A DNA stretch of 64,000 nucleotides from Candidatus Hermodarchaeota archaeon. Its GTDB lineage: Archaea; Asgardarchaeota; Thorarchaeia; Thorarchaeales; Thorarchaeaceae. The notes under the pieces are model-generated. The model was given only the letters and a program-made list of their open reading frames with translations. It was not told the origin of the DNA and did no database searches. A program made the translations under genes and the position numbers. The stretch lies in assembly GCA_048885865.1 (NCBI GenBank), contig JBHLLF010000003.1:32001-96000 (forward strand), in the 5' to 3' direction. Position 1 is the stretch's first letter; the number at the start of each line of letters is the position of its first letter. Shown one piece after another: positions 48,163-57,406 of the stretch.

Positions 48163-48882
48163 TTATTGCGTTTGACCCCATTCATTTCCTATTGCTATCA
48201 ATATCAGCCCAATTATGATTAGGCCTGGAGCTAGGACACCAGGAATCGTATATGACCCTGCAAAGACTATTTCTGCAAGGACATGGCGAGCTGCATGAAT
48301 GACTCTACCTGCAAATAAGACAAAGAAACCAAGCCCCAACACGAGATTGGAGCGTCTTAGAATTCCACCAGATTGCCAGGCCAAGTACCAGAACAGCAAC
48401 GGAATGAAGAGCGCATATACAGCACCAGCTCCGCCTGACAGGATTTGACGATCAAGCTCAGCTAATGGAACTAGGGCTAGCACAATTCCGATTAGAACGG
48501 CAGGAATTGCGAAGAGAACCTCAGCCCATCGCTTTCCGAAAATCATGAATGCTGCAGTCGCAGAAAGGATTGCGAGGGCCATCCATTGGAAGAAAGCTCC
48601 TGCGCTAAGCCAGGGAGCAGGATCTGACAGGAAGACTGAGAACTGTGATTCCAAACCCCCGTAGAGCGACGATATGTCAGCATAAAAGTCCCCAACAAAG
48701 TAGAAACATCTACCAATAGCGAGCAGCAAGAAGAATAGAGCCATTGCAAGCTGGAAAGGATTCCTTGTTTTCTTGTATCTAAAGAATAGGAAGAAAATGA
48801 AGATAAAGAAATAATATCCAACTACAAGGAACCAAAGTCCTATGTGGACTTCTCTAATTGCCATGTCGATGGTTTGTAACAT
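48163..48882 (-). CDS. Seven-TM membrane protein, unknown function
   Basis: Seven hydrophobic helices with short loops; intramembrane GR motifs in TM2 and TM6. Confidence 0.7.
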   Translation of the reverse strand: MLQTIDMAIREVHIGLWFLVVGYYFFIFIFFLFFRYKKTRNPFQLAMALFFLLLAIGRCFYFVGDFYADISSLYGGLESQFSVFLSDPAPWLSAGAFFQWMALAILSATAAFMIFGKRWAEVLFAIPAVLIGIVLALVPLAELDRQILSGGAGAVYALFIPLLFWYLAWQSGGILRRSNLVLGLGFFVLFAGRVIHAARHVLAEIVFAGSYTIPGVLAPGLIIIGLILIAIGNEWGQTQ

Positions 48883-49068
48883 CGTGCTCTCTCCATTGGC
48901 TTCTAGACAACACTAGTACGGTTCTGTTCGCTTCCCAACAAATAAGTGTATTCTGCTCCATAATGAGCTAATGAGGGCAATACGTATGCAATACGCCAAA
49001 AACACGCTCCACGCATACACAAAGGCAATCTCTATATTTGGCGCGTGTGAAACCCTGTTGGTGGTTCT

Positions 49069-49482
49069 TTGAGTCCTGGGCGAACGTGGAAGTTGAAAAC
49101 GGAAGACGGCACGCTCACAGAGTTCAAAGACATCCGTCGAATTGTAGGTAACCAGATTATACGCGCTTATCTGCTTCAAAAAGCAATGTCTACGAACCGT
49201 CTTGAATGTGTCAAGGCAACTCTTAGGGGACCAAAAAACGAGTTCAAGGATTTTGACGACTTCTTTGTGTTGAGAGCATCAATAGACGGAGACCTTAGGA
49301 TTCTCGTTCAGGCGAATGTCTATGAGAATTTGAGAATCGTAGGGACTGATAGTGATAAAATGACGAGCATGAATGCGAAGCAAATCATTGAAATGTTCAC
49401 CAAAATGCTTGATGACCCAGAGGGTCATTCTACTATATTGATTCTAAGTGAGAATTCCAAGGTGAGTGCTAAACAAGGATGA
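49069..49482 (+). CDS. Hypothetical protein
   Basis: 137-aa ORF with an ATGA overlap to the next gene. Confidence 0.6.
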   Translation: MSPGRTWKLKTEDGTLTEFKDIRRIVGNQIIRAYLLQKAMSTNRLECVKATLRGPKNEFKDFDDFFVLRASIDGDLRILVQANVYENLRIVGTDSDKMTSMNAKQIIEMFTKMLDDPEGHSTILILSENSKVSAKQG

Positions 49483-49676
49483 GTGAATTCAAGCGATATG
49501 CAAAGTGTCCTGTATGTAGTGAGAGAACTGTACTCTCTGTGCCTCAAGACATCTTGAAGAAGGCAAAGAGATTCCCCTTCACACTAAAGGTTGTGCACGA
49601 GGATCATCACTTCTACATCAATATTGACTCTCAAGCATCTATCACGGATATTCTGAAACCTGAATTGGTAGAGTGA
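49479..49676 (+). CDS. Small Zn-binding protein (CxxC...HxxH)
   Basis: KCPVC...FPF...HEDHHF. Confidence 0.7.
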   Translation: MSEFKRYAKCPVCSERTVLSVPQDILKKAKRFPFTLKVVHEDHHFYINIDSQASITDILKPELVE

Positions 49677-50477
49677 TTATCCAATATAGCGGTCACTAGG
49701 CAGGTCTCCTTCCTCTTCAGCTGTGCCACGTTGGGAGATCTCATTCTTGGCCCATTCGATGAAATCAATCACCTTGGTGACATCGTCTTCCAGAATATCA
49801 AAGGAGGCCTTGATATCAAGGAATGAGCTAATCTTCTCAAGTACAGTTCTTGCCGCACGATAGTCCATTTTGATCATGCCAAGGGTTTCACCGAGAAGGC
49901 AAGCTCCTTTCATATCATACATCGAAGCCGCCCATGCAGGAATAAATCCATTCGCTCCATTCACGACACCCTCTTCAGTTGCCACCGTACCTCCGACAGT
50001 GGATATCTCGCCAAGCAATTCAGATGAGCTTGCAGAAATGAATACACGAGGTGGCATTGGATATGACTCGAAGAATTCCTGGTAGCTGGTTTCGTAGGCA
50101 GCCAGGGCGTAGACTTCCTTTACTCCAAGCCCAGTAAACTCCTGAACCACAAAGTCAGCGTACTCAAATACGCCACGTCCTGAGGCTGGCTGGAAGTCAG
50201 CTGATAGTAAAATGAGGTCATGGGGCTCATCAGGGGCTGCGCGATAGAGCATTATTGAACTCTTGGGAAAATTGGCGATACCATCTTTCACAAAGACACG
50301 GGGCGGAAAGTCATCAGAAAAGAAATCCATGACAGGCTGCGCATCAAGAACAGCTGCGAGTGTGTCAACTGCAATACGTCCCACGTTTGCAATGCCTGGA
50401 AGGCCCAATATTGCTACGGGACTCTTGAGCGATTTTGCGTCAAGGTCAATGAATCGCCTCGTGTACATTTTCATCAT
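49677..50477 (-). CDS. Proteasome assembly chaperone PAC2 family
   Basis: GLPGIANVGRIA, DFPP.V, ADFQP, GANG, CLLGET, C-terminal YIG (HbYX-like). Confidence 0.9.
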   Translation of the reverse strand: MMKMYTRRFIDLDAKSLKSPVAILGLPGIANVGRIAVDTLAAVLDAQPVMDFFSDDFPPRVFVKDGIANFPKSSIMLYRAAPDEPHDLILLSADFQPASGRGVFEYADFVVQEFTGLGVKEVYALAAYETSYQEFFESYPMPPRVFISASSSELLGEISTVGGTVATEEGVVNGANGFIPAWAASMYDMKGACLLGETLGMIKMDYRAARTVLEKISSFLDIKASFDILEDDVTKVIDFIEWAKNEISQRGTAEEEGDLPSDRYIG

Positions 50478-50529
50478 TCCTATGGTTATAGATGCCTGCC
50501 AAACGCATTAAGTCCTATCGGTAATGGAA

Positions 50530-51282
50530 TTATAATCTATAGAAGGCCAAAGCGTTACTGGTCGTTGCGTCAGCAACATCTTCAGAGGGTAATTCAAGCA
50601 ATTTGGCCAATGACTCACAACCAAATGTCAAATTCGCGGGTTCGTTTCTGTTCCCTGTGGGTGATAGGTAGGGACCATCCGTTTCTAGGAGAATCTGCTC
50701 CAAAGGCACAATCTTAGCGGCCTCGGATCTACTCCTATACTTTGTGAAGTTCGCAGGGAGTGTTATGCTCCAGCCGTTGTCGGCTATTTTTCTTGTGGTT
50801 TCTTTGGGACCGTCGTAGCAGTGCATCAGTACCTCATTCACTTCATTCTTCTCCAGAATCTCAGTCGCCCGTGCCTCAGCCTTCCGTGAATGAATAACCA
50901 GAGGTAATTTGAGTTCGTTGGCCAAATCGATAAACAGCTGAAATAGAGGCTCCTGAGCCTTTCTTTTATTTGGGTCTTTCACCCAGTAATAGTCAAGACC
51001 TACTTCTCCCACTGCCACAATATCCTCTGCATATTTTCGGATTAGTGAAATTGTCTTCACTGCTTCTTCTTCTGCTAGCCTTGAAGCTTGACATCCTGCG
51101 GAATGGTGGATATACCCTTGATACTTCTTTACAATTCCAAGTGTTCTTCTAAACGATCCAGGTCCCATTGAGGAGGTAACCATACCAATTAGCCCAGCGT
51201 TCTTCGCCCTTTCAATGACATGTTCTCGATCATGTTGGTAATGTTTCATGTCGATGTGTGTATGTGCGTCGAAGAAGCGCAT
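50530..51282 (-). CDS. tatD: TatD-family nuclease
   Basis: DAHTH, VGEVGLDY, IHSRKAE, MHCY, LETDGPYL. Confidence 0.93.
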   Translation of the reverse strand: MRFFDAHTHIDMKHYQHDREHVIERAKNAGLIGMVTSSMGPGSFRRTLGIVKKYQGYIHHSAGCQASRLAEEEAVKTISLIRKYAEDIVAVGEVGLDYYWVKDPNKRKAQEPLFQLFIDLANELKLPLVIHSRKAEARATEILEKNEVNEVLMHCYDGPKETTRKIADNGWSITLPANFTKYRSRSEAAKIVPLEQILLETDGPYLSPTGNRNEPANLTFGCESLAKLLELPSEDVADATTSNALAFYRL

Positions 51283-51366
51283 TATCCAGAATTCACTCCT
51301 GATTGTTAGACCCGTACTAGATGCTTTTTAATCGTGAGCCATAAACTCTGGTATTGGGGACAAGCG

Positions 51367-52269
51367 ATGTCAGATGATGTCCATGAGCGTCTAAAGGAAA
51401 AGACTCTGCAGATAGCACAACTCCAACATCAGTTGCAGGTTTTGCAGGCTCAACTTGAAGGAACACAGCGTCGAGCTGGAGAAACAAGCACCAAAATCGT
51501 CGCTCTAGAGAATCTCATCACTGAGAAGGACTCAGAAAATCATATGCTGCGAACTGAACTGGGGCGCACTAAAGGGGCCTTGGATACGATGGGTAAGGAG
51601 ATCCAGGGGATACGGGCTGAACAGACTCAACAGATGGCAAAGGCTAGGCCAAGTAATGATGACTACTCCCTCAGGCAACAGCTTTCTGATGCATTAAGAA
51701 GAAATGAATTATTGAAAGAAGACATCAAATCTCTGTCAGAAGCGGCATCAGCGGTTCTCAAAGATGAACCAGGTGCTAGAGAGCATCTTCGAGATGCGAT
51801 TATGCTTGTTGGAGATCCGAGATTCAAGATACTCAATATCGTGCTGGAGAAGAGATCTGTGAGAGTAGAAGAACTTGCTGCAAGTCTTCAGTTGGATATG
51901 ACAGAGGCATTAGCACTTGTGGATGAACTCCAAGCTGCAGGTGAGATTGAAGTTAGAGATGGCAGTACCGTTTTCCCAAGAGAAAAGCATCGCGAAGTCA
52001 AGATACCTGTTGAAGAGTGGAAGACATGGGACCCTGCTGATATTTTCGATTCTCTTGAAGATATAGTTAGACGAACAGAGGGGCATGAGTCTATTTCGAA
52101 GGCAATTGTTACAGCAGTAGACATACTAGAACAAAAAATCGCCCGGGGTGGTGCGTTGGTATTTCAAATGAGAAAGACTGCAGACCTATGGAAAAAGGGC
52201 AAGGGCAACATTGAGGAGCTTCAATATACAATAAGGGAATGGAAGGGTCGTGCTTTGTCGCTCGGCTAG
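51367..52269 (+). CDS. Long coiled-coil + winged helix hypothetical protein
   Basis: ~130-aa heptads, then FKILNIV..VEELAASL..LVDELQAAGEIEV. Start uncertain (51334 or 51367). Confidence 0.65.
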   Translation: MSDDVHERLKEKTLQIAQLQHQLQVLQAQLEGTQRRAGETSTKIVALENLITEKDSENHMLRTELGRTKGALDTMGKEIQGIRAEQTQQMAKARPSNDDYSLRQQLSDALRRNELLKEDIKSLSEAASAVLKDEPGAREHLRDAIMLVGDPRFKILNIVLEKRSVRVEELAASLQLDMTEALALVDELQAAGEIEVRDGSTVFPREKHREVKIPVEEWKTWDPADIFDSLEDIVRRTEGHESISKAIVTAVDILEQKIARGGALVFQMRKTADLWKKGKGNIEELQYTIREWKGRALSLG

Positions 52270-52661
52270 TCTTCAGACCCCTTCTTTATGGCCTCCTTTA
52301 CATAGGCGCCAAAATCTGAGGTTTCACCATCACGTTGTATACGAATCTTCGGCTCTTCTCCCCTGACCTGACGTTCGATGTATCTCACATCCAACTGACT
52401 CATCTGCTGTCGATATCCTCTGTAAACAATCAGATACAGAATGACCTCTTCTACTTGTTTAGCCACTGCATCATTCTGCGTCTTCAGATTATTGAGATAC
52501 GAATATGCCTCCGTTGTGAGAAATCTGCCAAGCAGCTTTGCTCTTTCTACTCCTACCTTTTCTTCCTGTTCACGCGCAGCTTGTATCTGCTTCTCTCGCT
52601 TCATCATCCGAGCCATTTTTTTCCTTCGGATGATTGCTAGGTCAGGATCATCATCTGTCAG
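52266..52661 (-). CDS. PDCD5 / dsDNA-binding protein family
   Basis: DLAIIRRKKM..,FLTTEAYSYLNNLK..VAKQVE..EPKIRIQR. An in-frame CTG at 52661, 7 nt after GAGGT, restores the conserved N-terminus. Confidence 0.82.
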   Translation of the reverse strand: MTDDDPDLAIIRRKKMARMMKREKQIQAAREQEEKVGVERAKLLGRFLTTEAYSYLNNLKTQNDAVAKQVEEVILYLIVYRGYRQQMSQLDVRYIERQVRGEEPKIRIQRDGETSDFGAYVKEAIKKGSED

Positions 52662-52791
52662 TATTGAAACCTCTGTTCCAGAGCCGTATTGAAGAGCAGT
52701 TAAGCCTAACGATACAACTAGAAGTGCTTTTTAAGATTGAATATGAGTAGACGGTAGGCCAGAAGCAAGTAAGATGCGAGGTTTGGGATAA

Positions 52792-53739
52792 TTGACAGGA
52801 CTAGAAGTATGCAAATGGCTTGCTGACTCGAAGACTGGTAACACGTGTAGATTAAGAAATGTTTCACTTCCTAGAGGAGAGGTGGCGGCAAAATGCACTA
52901 AGTCAGACTTGGCTGTGATTTGTGTGGACGCCTATACCGCGCTGTCTAAAGGACTTGAGTCTCTGAAAGCCGGCAGTACTGACTCATTCCTATGGCTGAT
53001 TGAATCAGCAAACCAATTTGAGAACCTCGGAGAAACTGACAACGCAATAACAGCAATGGTCAAAGCCATTGACTATGCGACGAAGATGAATCTAATAGAC
53101 CGGGGCTACGAAACCTTCCGGTACGCAAGAGGCATGATGGAAAACGGTCGGAGCCGGAAAGATCCATCTCTATCAAGCCCGATGCTCAAGCAGACTCTTG
53201 TGAAGAGTGGGGAGAAGCTAATTGAAGCAGCAAGAAAAATCGCAGCTGGTTCTCCAGTCGCTGACATGCAAGCTGAACTAAAGGCAAGTATACTAGGCGG
53301 TGTCAGCTTGAAGAAAACCGAGGAGGCTTTGAAAGCTGAGGAGAAGGACAAGCTTGTGATCAGCCATGGTAGGTCCCTCTATGAGAAGAAAGCATCGGAA
53401 TACAAAGAGGGAGCTGACACGTATATGGCTTCAGGAATGACTCAGAACGCCATCACATTCTCCTGTTTAGGCGCTCTTGCGGATCTCATGCTGGGGAAGC
53501 CCAAGGACGGTCTGCTGTACCTGACAAAGTTCACTGACCAGTCAGGAATAAAGGAAGAATTCAACAACCACCCCTGTTTTCAATGGACAAGGCTTGTGTT
53601 TAAGGGGCTGATCAGTAGGGATCAAGATGCCCTATTGGAAGCCAACAAGATATTCCTCAATATTCCTTGGAGCTTCAAGGATGACCACGAGTTTGCCCGA
53701 AGAGCTATGGATTCAGTAGAGAGAAGAATCACGCAGTAA
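52792..53739 (+). CDS. Helical-repeat (TPR/SNAP-like) protein with central WH2-like motif
   Basis: Cys-rich N-terminus, SANQFENLGE..AITAMVKA helical repeats, ELKASILGGVSLKKT. Confidence 0.55.
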   Translation: MTGLEVCKWLADSKTGNTCRLRNVSLPRGEVAAKCTKSDLAVICVDAYTALSKGLESLKAGSTDSFLWLIESANQFENLGETDNAITAMVKAIDYATKMNLIDRGYETFRYARGMMENGRSRKDPSLSSPMLKQTLVKSGEKLIEAARKIAAGSPVADMQAELKASILGGVSLKKTEEALKAEEKDKLVISHGRSLYEKKASEYKEGADTYMASGMTQNAITFSCLGALADLMLGKPKDGLLYLTKFTDQSGIKEEFNNHPCFQWTRLVFKGLISRDQDALLEANKIFLNIPWSFKDDHEFARRAMDSVERRITQ

Positions 53740-55066
53740 TTCTCATTCTGGCGATGAAGAATCCATTCGAATTATCTCTGTGAGGGAATAGCCTAATCAC
53801 TTTCTCAGTACATTCGAATCCAGAATAGCCAGAAGACCCCTTGAATGGGATCTGCATTAGCTCGATTGGGTGACGTGCCATCGCAGAGTCAATTTGAGAC
53901 TCACCCTCATGAGGGAGAAGAGAGCATGTAGCAAAGACGACTTCAGTTCCAGGCTTGTCTGAATAAGCATTGAGGATTCCATCAAGGATTTTGTTCTGAA
54001 TGGACATGATACTCATAAGCATGTCCTTATTGAGTCGCCATTTATACGATGGATGGCTCCGTAGAATTCCGGTGGAAGTACAAGGCGCATCAATGATGAT
54101 TTTTTCCGCATCAGTAACTGGTGCAATCGAGGCATCAGCCTCCATAAACTCAACACCCGCACATCCAATTGTCAAGCAACGACGCTTGGCCACCTCTAAT
54201 CGCTCAGAGTTTATGTCTGTGGCAATGAGTTGACCCTGACCATTCATTGATTCCCAAATAAGATGCGTCTTCATTCCTGGAGCCGCACAGGCATCCCAGA
54301 CTTTCATTCCAGATTTGGCGTCGAGTGTCTGTCCGACAATCACACTGCCTTTATCTTGCACTAATATCCGACCAGATTTGAAGGCGTCTGAGCTGAAAAG
54401 TGAATTGACACCTTCTGCGACTCGAAATAGGCCTGAAACTCCTGGTTCCGGGTCCAACGTCACGCCTTGATTCTCAAGCAGTGAAACTACATCATCATAA
54501 TCAGTGAGGAGTGTATTCACACGGACAAAGTAATCTCGGGAGCGGTTATTGTGCTCCATTAGGTCAATGGTTTCATCTCTCCCCAAATGTTCCAGAAATG
54601 TGTCTACAAGAAACGAAGGATGAGAGAACATAATGCCAAGTGAATTTGAAGGACTCATGTTCTTAGTCTTCTTACGCAGGTCAATCTTTGAAGCCTTTTC
54701 TATAACCTCCAATAGTTTGAGAGACCGCAAGAGCACTGCCAATGTCTTGCTCATAGGAGTATGCAGCCAACGATCCTCGTAAATCGCTAGACGAAGCAGA
54801 CTTTGATCTTGGGCTTTCAAATCAGACAGGTTTCTTCTCCCTAGGGCACGAATGGCTATGAAGTCGATTGTGTTGAGGAATCTGATAACACCCAAAGACC
54901 TGGATTCAACATAGCCCCTGGTAGGAATGTCATCTTCAAGGTCAGGCTCAATTCCTCTCAGCAGCTCTCGCATTGATACAGAACCTTTCGTATATTCGGA
55001 AAGAAGACCTAGAGTCAGTTCAATGGCTGATTTGGTTTCCTTTATTCCGCTGATTTCCAAACACAT
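53729..55066 (-). CDS. RsmB/NOL1/NOP2-family RNA m5C methyltransferase
   Basis: VQDKGS, DACAAPGMKT, DAPCTSTG, ATCSL, GFFIARM. Confidence 0.92.
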   Translation of the reverse strand: MCLEISGIKETKSAIELTLGLLSEYTKGSVSMRELLRGIEPDLEDDIPTRGYVESRSLGVIRFLNTIDFIAIRALGRRNLSDLKAQDQSLLRLAIYEDRWLHTPMSKTLAVLLRSLKLLEVIEKASKIDLRKKTKNMSPSNSLGIMFSHPSFLVDTFLEHLGRDETIDLMEHNNRSRDYFVRVNTLLTDYDDVVSLLENQGVTLDPEPGVSGLFRVAEGVNSLFSSDAFKSGRILVQDKGSVIVGQTLDAKSGMKVWDACAAPGMKTHLIWESMNGQGQLIATDINSERLEVAKRRCLTIGCAGVEFMEADASIAPVTDAEKIIIDAPCTSTGILRSHPSYKWRLNKDMLMSIMSIQNKILDGILNAYSDKPGTEVVFATCSLLPHEGESQIDSAMARHPIELMQIPFKGSSGYSGFECTEKVIRLFPHRDNSNGFFIARMRITA

Positions 55067-55190
55067 CTCCTAGCATGTGTGACCTGCAGACGGCGCGCAC
55101 ACGAGTGTAGAAGTTCTTAAATTTGCCTAGTCGTCGCCAGAGAAGTAACAAGAACAGGAACAAAGCTCTCAACTTCCGGATGGTATAAAC

Positions 55191-56849
55191 ATGAGAATGT
55201 TCGGTCATCTTATCAAAGGCGAGATTATTGATTCAAATGATGGAAAGACCTCTATCTTTCCGAATATGAACCAGGCAATCGAAGATCCCAGAATCCTTTA
55301 TGCAATGGCCCTGAAGGAGCAAGGGTCTCTAGGACGCTTTGCAGCACGTTACTTCAGCAATCTCTTGCCAGAGAAATCACCAGAGATAAGATTACTAAAG
55401 GACTACATTAGGGCTCATGGTGAACCCTCCGCAACTAAGGAAGAGATAGAGAACATCTACTATGCGAAATACTCCATTGGAGGAGAACGCGAAGCTGCAA
55501 TTGCATGTGAAGAGGCCTACAGAATAAGGCGAAAAATGCACAGAGAACTGAATGAAAAGGGGTCTGGCATATCTTTGCAGGAACGTGCAGAAAGCCTCGT
55601 GCTTGTGGGGCAGCAGTTATGGAAGAACTATGAATCCTTCAAGGAAATAGGAATTGCAGAAGGTACTCCAGTGCAGCTTTTCGACTGGCAAACTAAGGGT
55701 GTATTCAATACTCTCTACAAAGAACACATCGATTTTGCAACCTCCAGAATCTCTCCTGAGGAGATTCCTTGTGCTGTTGAGGGGGAGAGAACGATACTCA
55801 CTCGTTTTCCGTATGGTGCTGTGGGAGTCTTTCCGCCATACAATGCCGCAATTGGGCTGGGTGGTATGGCCATCATATCGAGCTATTGGGCCGGAAATGC
55901 CACCGTACTGAGAACCCCATCAAAGATGCCCCTCACCAACATGCAGCTGGCATATGTTCTGATTGAAGCAATGAGGGAACTGGATTTTCCAACAAGTGCA
56001 TTTCAGTCAGTGATAGGCCCTGCGAGAGAGATTGCAGACTATATGATCAACCGCTCACCGTTGAACGCTATGATCTACTATGGAGATTCAGATGTGGGTC
56101 TAGAACTCATGGCGCAGGCTGTCAGACGAGGCATGCACTTTGTACCTGAACTTGCTGGAAGTGGAGCGAGCCTCGTCTGGAAAGATGTCGATATCGATAA
56201 AGTAGCTGCCTATGTTTCTGACGCACGCTTCTTCGGTTCAGGACAGACATGTTTTGCTGCGAAGCGATTGTTCCTACATGAAGCAATTTTCGACGACTTC
56301 ATAGCTGCTCTTGTTGAGAAAAGCGAGAAGCTGCGGGTTGGACTTCCTGAAGACCCGAAAACAGATTTACCCATTGTTGGAACCACGGCGCTATACCAGA
56401 ACACCGATATGATTGCTGAAGCATTGAAGAGAGGGGCAAAGCTGGAGGCGGGAGGATACAGGTTAAATGCGCAGGGTGAGAGAGACCCTGCTGGCCTATT
56501 CATAAAGCCCACAATACTCAGCAATGTTTCGCTTGAATGCAAAATGTGGTATCATGAAACCTTCGGTCCAGTCCTACCAATAATGAAAGTGAGTTCATTT
56601 GATCAAGCTATTGCTCAAGCAAACAACTCGAGATATGGACTCCGAACCTCAGTCTATAGCGATAGCACAGAAATCTGGCAACGTTTCTTTGATGAAATCG
56701 ATGCTCCCGGTGTAGCAATCAACTCAAGCCATATACACTTTGATAACTTCTACCCGCATCTCGGTGGACTAAAAGCAAGTGGAATCTATGGAGGCAAGTA
56801 CTTCTACGAGATTCTTACATATTTGAAGTACCGCCATTTCCCTGCATAG
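55191..56849 (+). CDS. Aldehyde dehydrogenase with atypical N-terminal region
   Basis: PYGAV..PYN, AGN, ELAGSG, GSGQTC (catalytic Cys), ETFGP, NSRYGL. Confidence 0.88.
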   Translation: MRMFGHLIKGEIIDSNDGKTSIFPNMNQAIEDPRILYAMALKEQGSLGRFAARYFSNLLPEKSPEIRLLKDYIRAHGEPSATKEEIENIYYAKYSIGGEREAAIACEEAYRIRRKMHRELNEKGSGISLQERAESLVLVGQQLWKNYESFKEIGIAEGTPVQLFDWQTKGVFNTLYKEHIDFATSRISPEEIPCAVEGERTILTRFPYGAVGVFPPYNAAIGLGGMAIISSYWAGNATVLRTPSKMPLTNMQLAYVLIEAMRELDFPTSAFQSVIGPAREIADYMINRSPLNAMIYYGDSDVGLELMAQAVRRGMHFVPELAGSGASLVWKDVDIDKVAAYVSDARFFGSGQTCFAAKRLFLHEAIFDDFIAALVEKSEKLRVGLPEDPKTDLPIVGTTALYQNTDMIAEALKRGAKLEAGGYRLNAQGERDPAGLFIKPTILSNVSLECKMWYHETFGPVLPIMKVSSFDQAIAQANNSRYGLRTSVYSDSTEIWQRFFDEIDAPGVAINSSHIHFDNFYPHLGGLKASGIYGGKYFYEILTYLKYRHFPA

Positions 56850-56861
56850 CAGATGTTTGAA

Positions 56862-57347
56862 TCATAGCGGTTTCTCGTACATTTGAACAAGCATGCCCTC
56901 TATTTGCTCATATGGCTCGCCCCAAGGACGAAAGCCGAATCTCTTCATTAGCCGCTCACTTGCTTCCTGACCAACTAGGATATTACAATAGTTCCTTATA
57001 CACCCATTAGCTCTGCCATACTCCGCAAATTGAATATACATAGCTGAAGCAAGCCCACTGGCTCTGCATGCAGGAACAACCGTCTGATGCTCTCCAAAGA
57101 GACCTTCGTCTGTCAACTTTGCTTTGTAAAGACCAACAATCTTACCATGAAGGCGGCTACCAAAGTAATGATAGCCATTGTTCATATCATCCAGAACCTG
57201 CTCCGGAGAATACATTCGCTTCTTGCGCCAGGCTTCAGGATATTCCTCAGCCTGAGGCCAAACATGTTTGAAAAGAGCTGATATCTCTTCGGCATCATCC
57301 TTGGTGAGTTCTACAATGCGAATCTCTTCTTCAGGTATCTCTTTCAT
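56862..57347 (-). CDS. GNAT-family acetyltransferase
   Basis: VVPACRASGLAS (motif A), RFGF. Confidence 0.75.
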   Translation of the reverse strand: MKEIPEEEIRIVELTKDDAEEISALFKHVWPQAEEYPEAWRKKRMYSPEQVLDDMNNGYHYFGSRLHGKIVGLYKAKLTDEGLFGEHQTVVPACRASGLASAMYIQFAEYGRANGCIRNYCNILVGQEASERLMKRFGFRPWGEPYEQIEGMLVQMYEKPL

Positions 57348-57406
57348 GGAAAGCCACTATCTGATAGGTTTGGTCCGACATAAACTTCTGTGTTTGTAGA
57401 TGAGAA

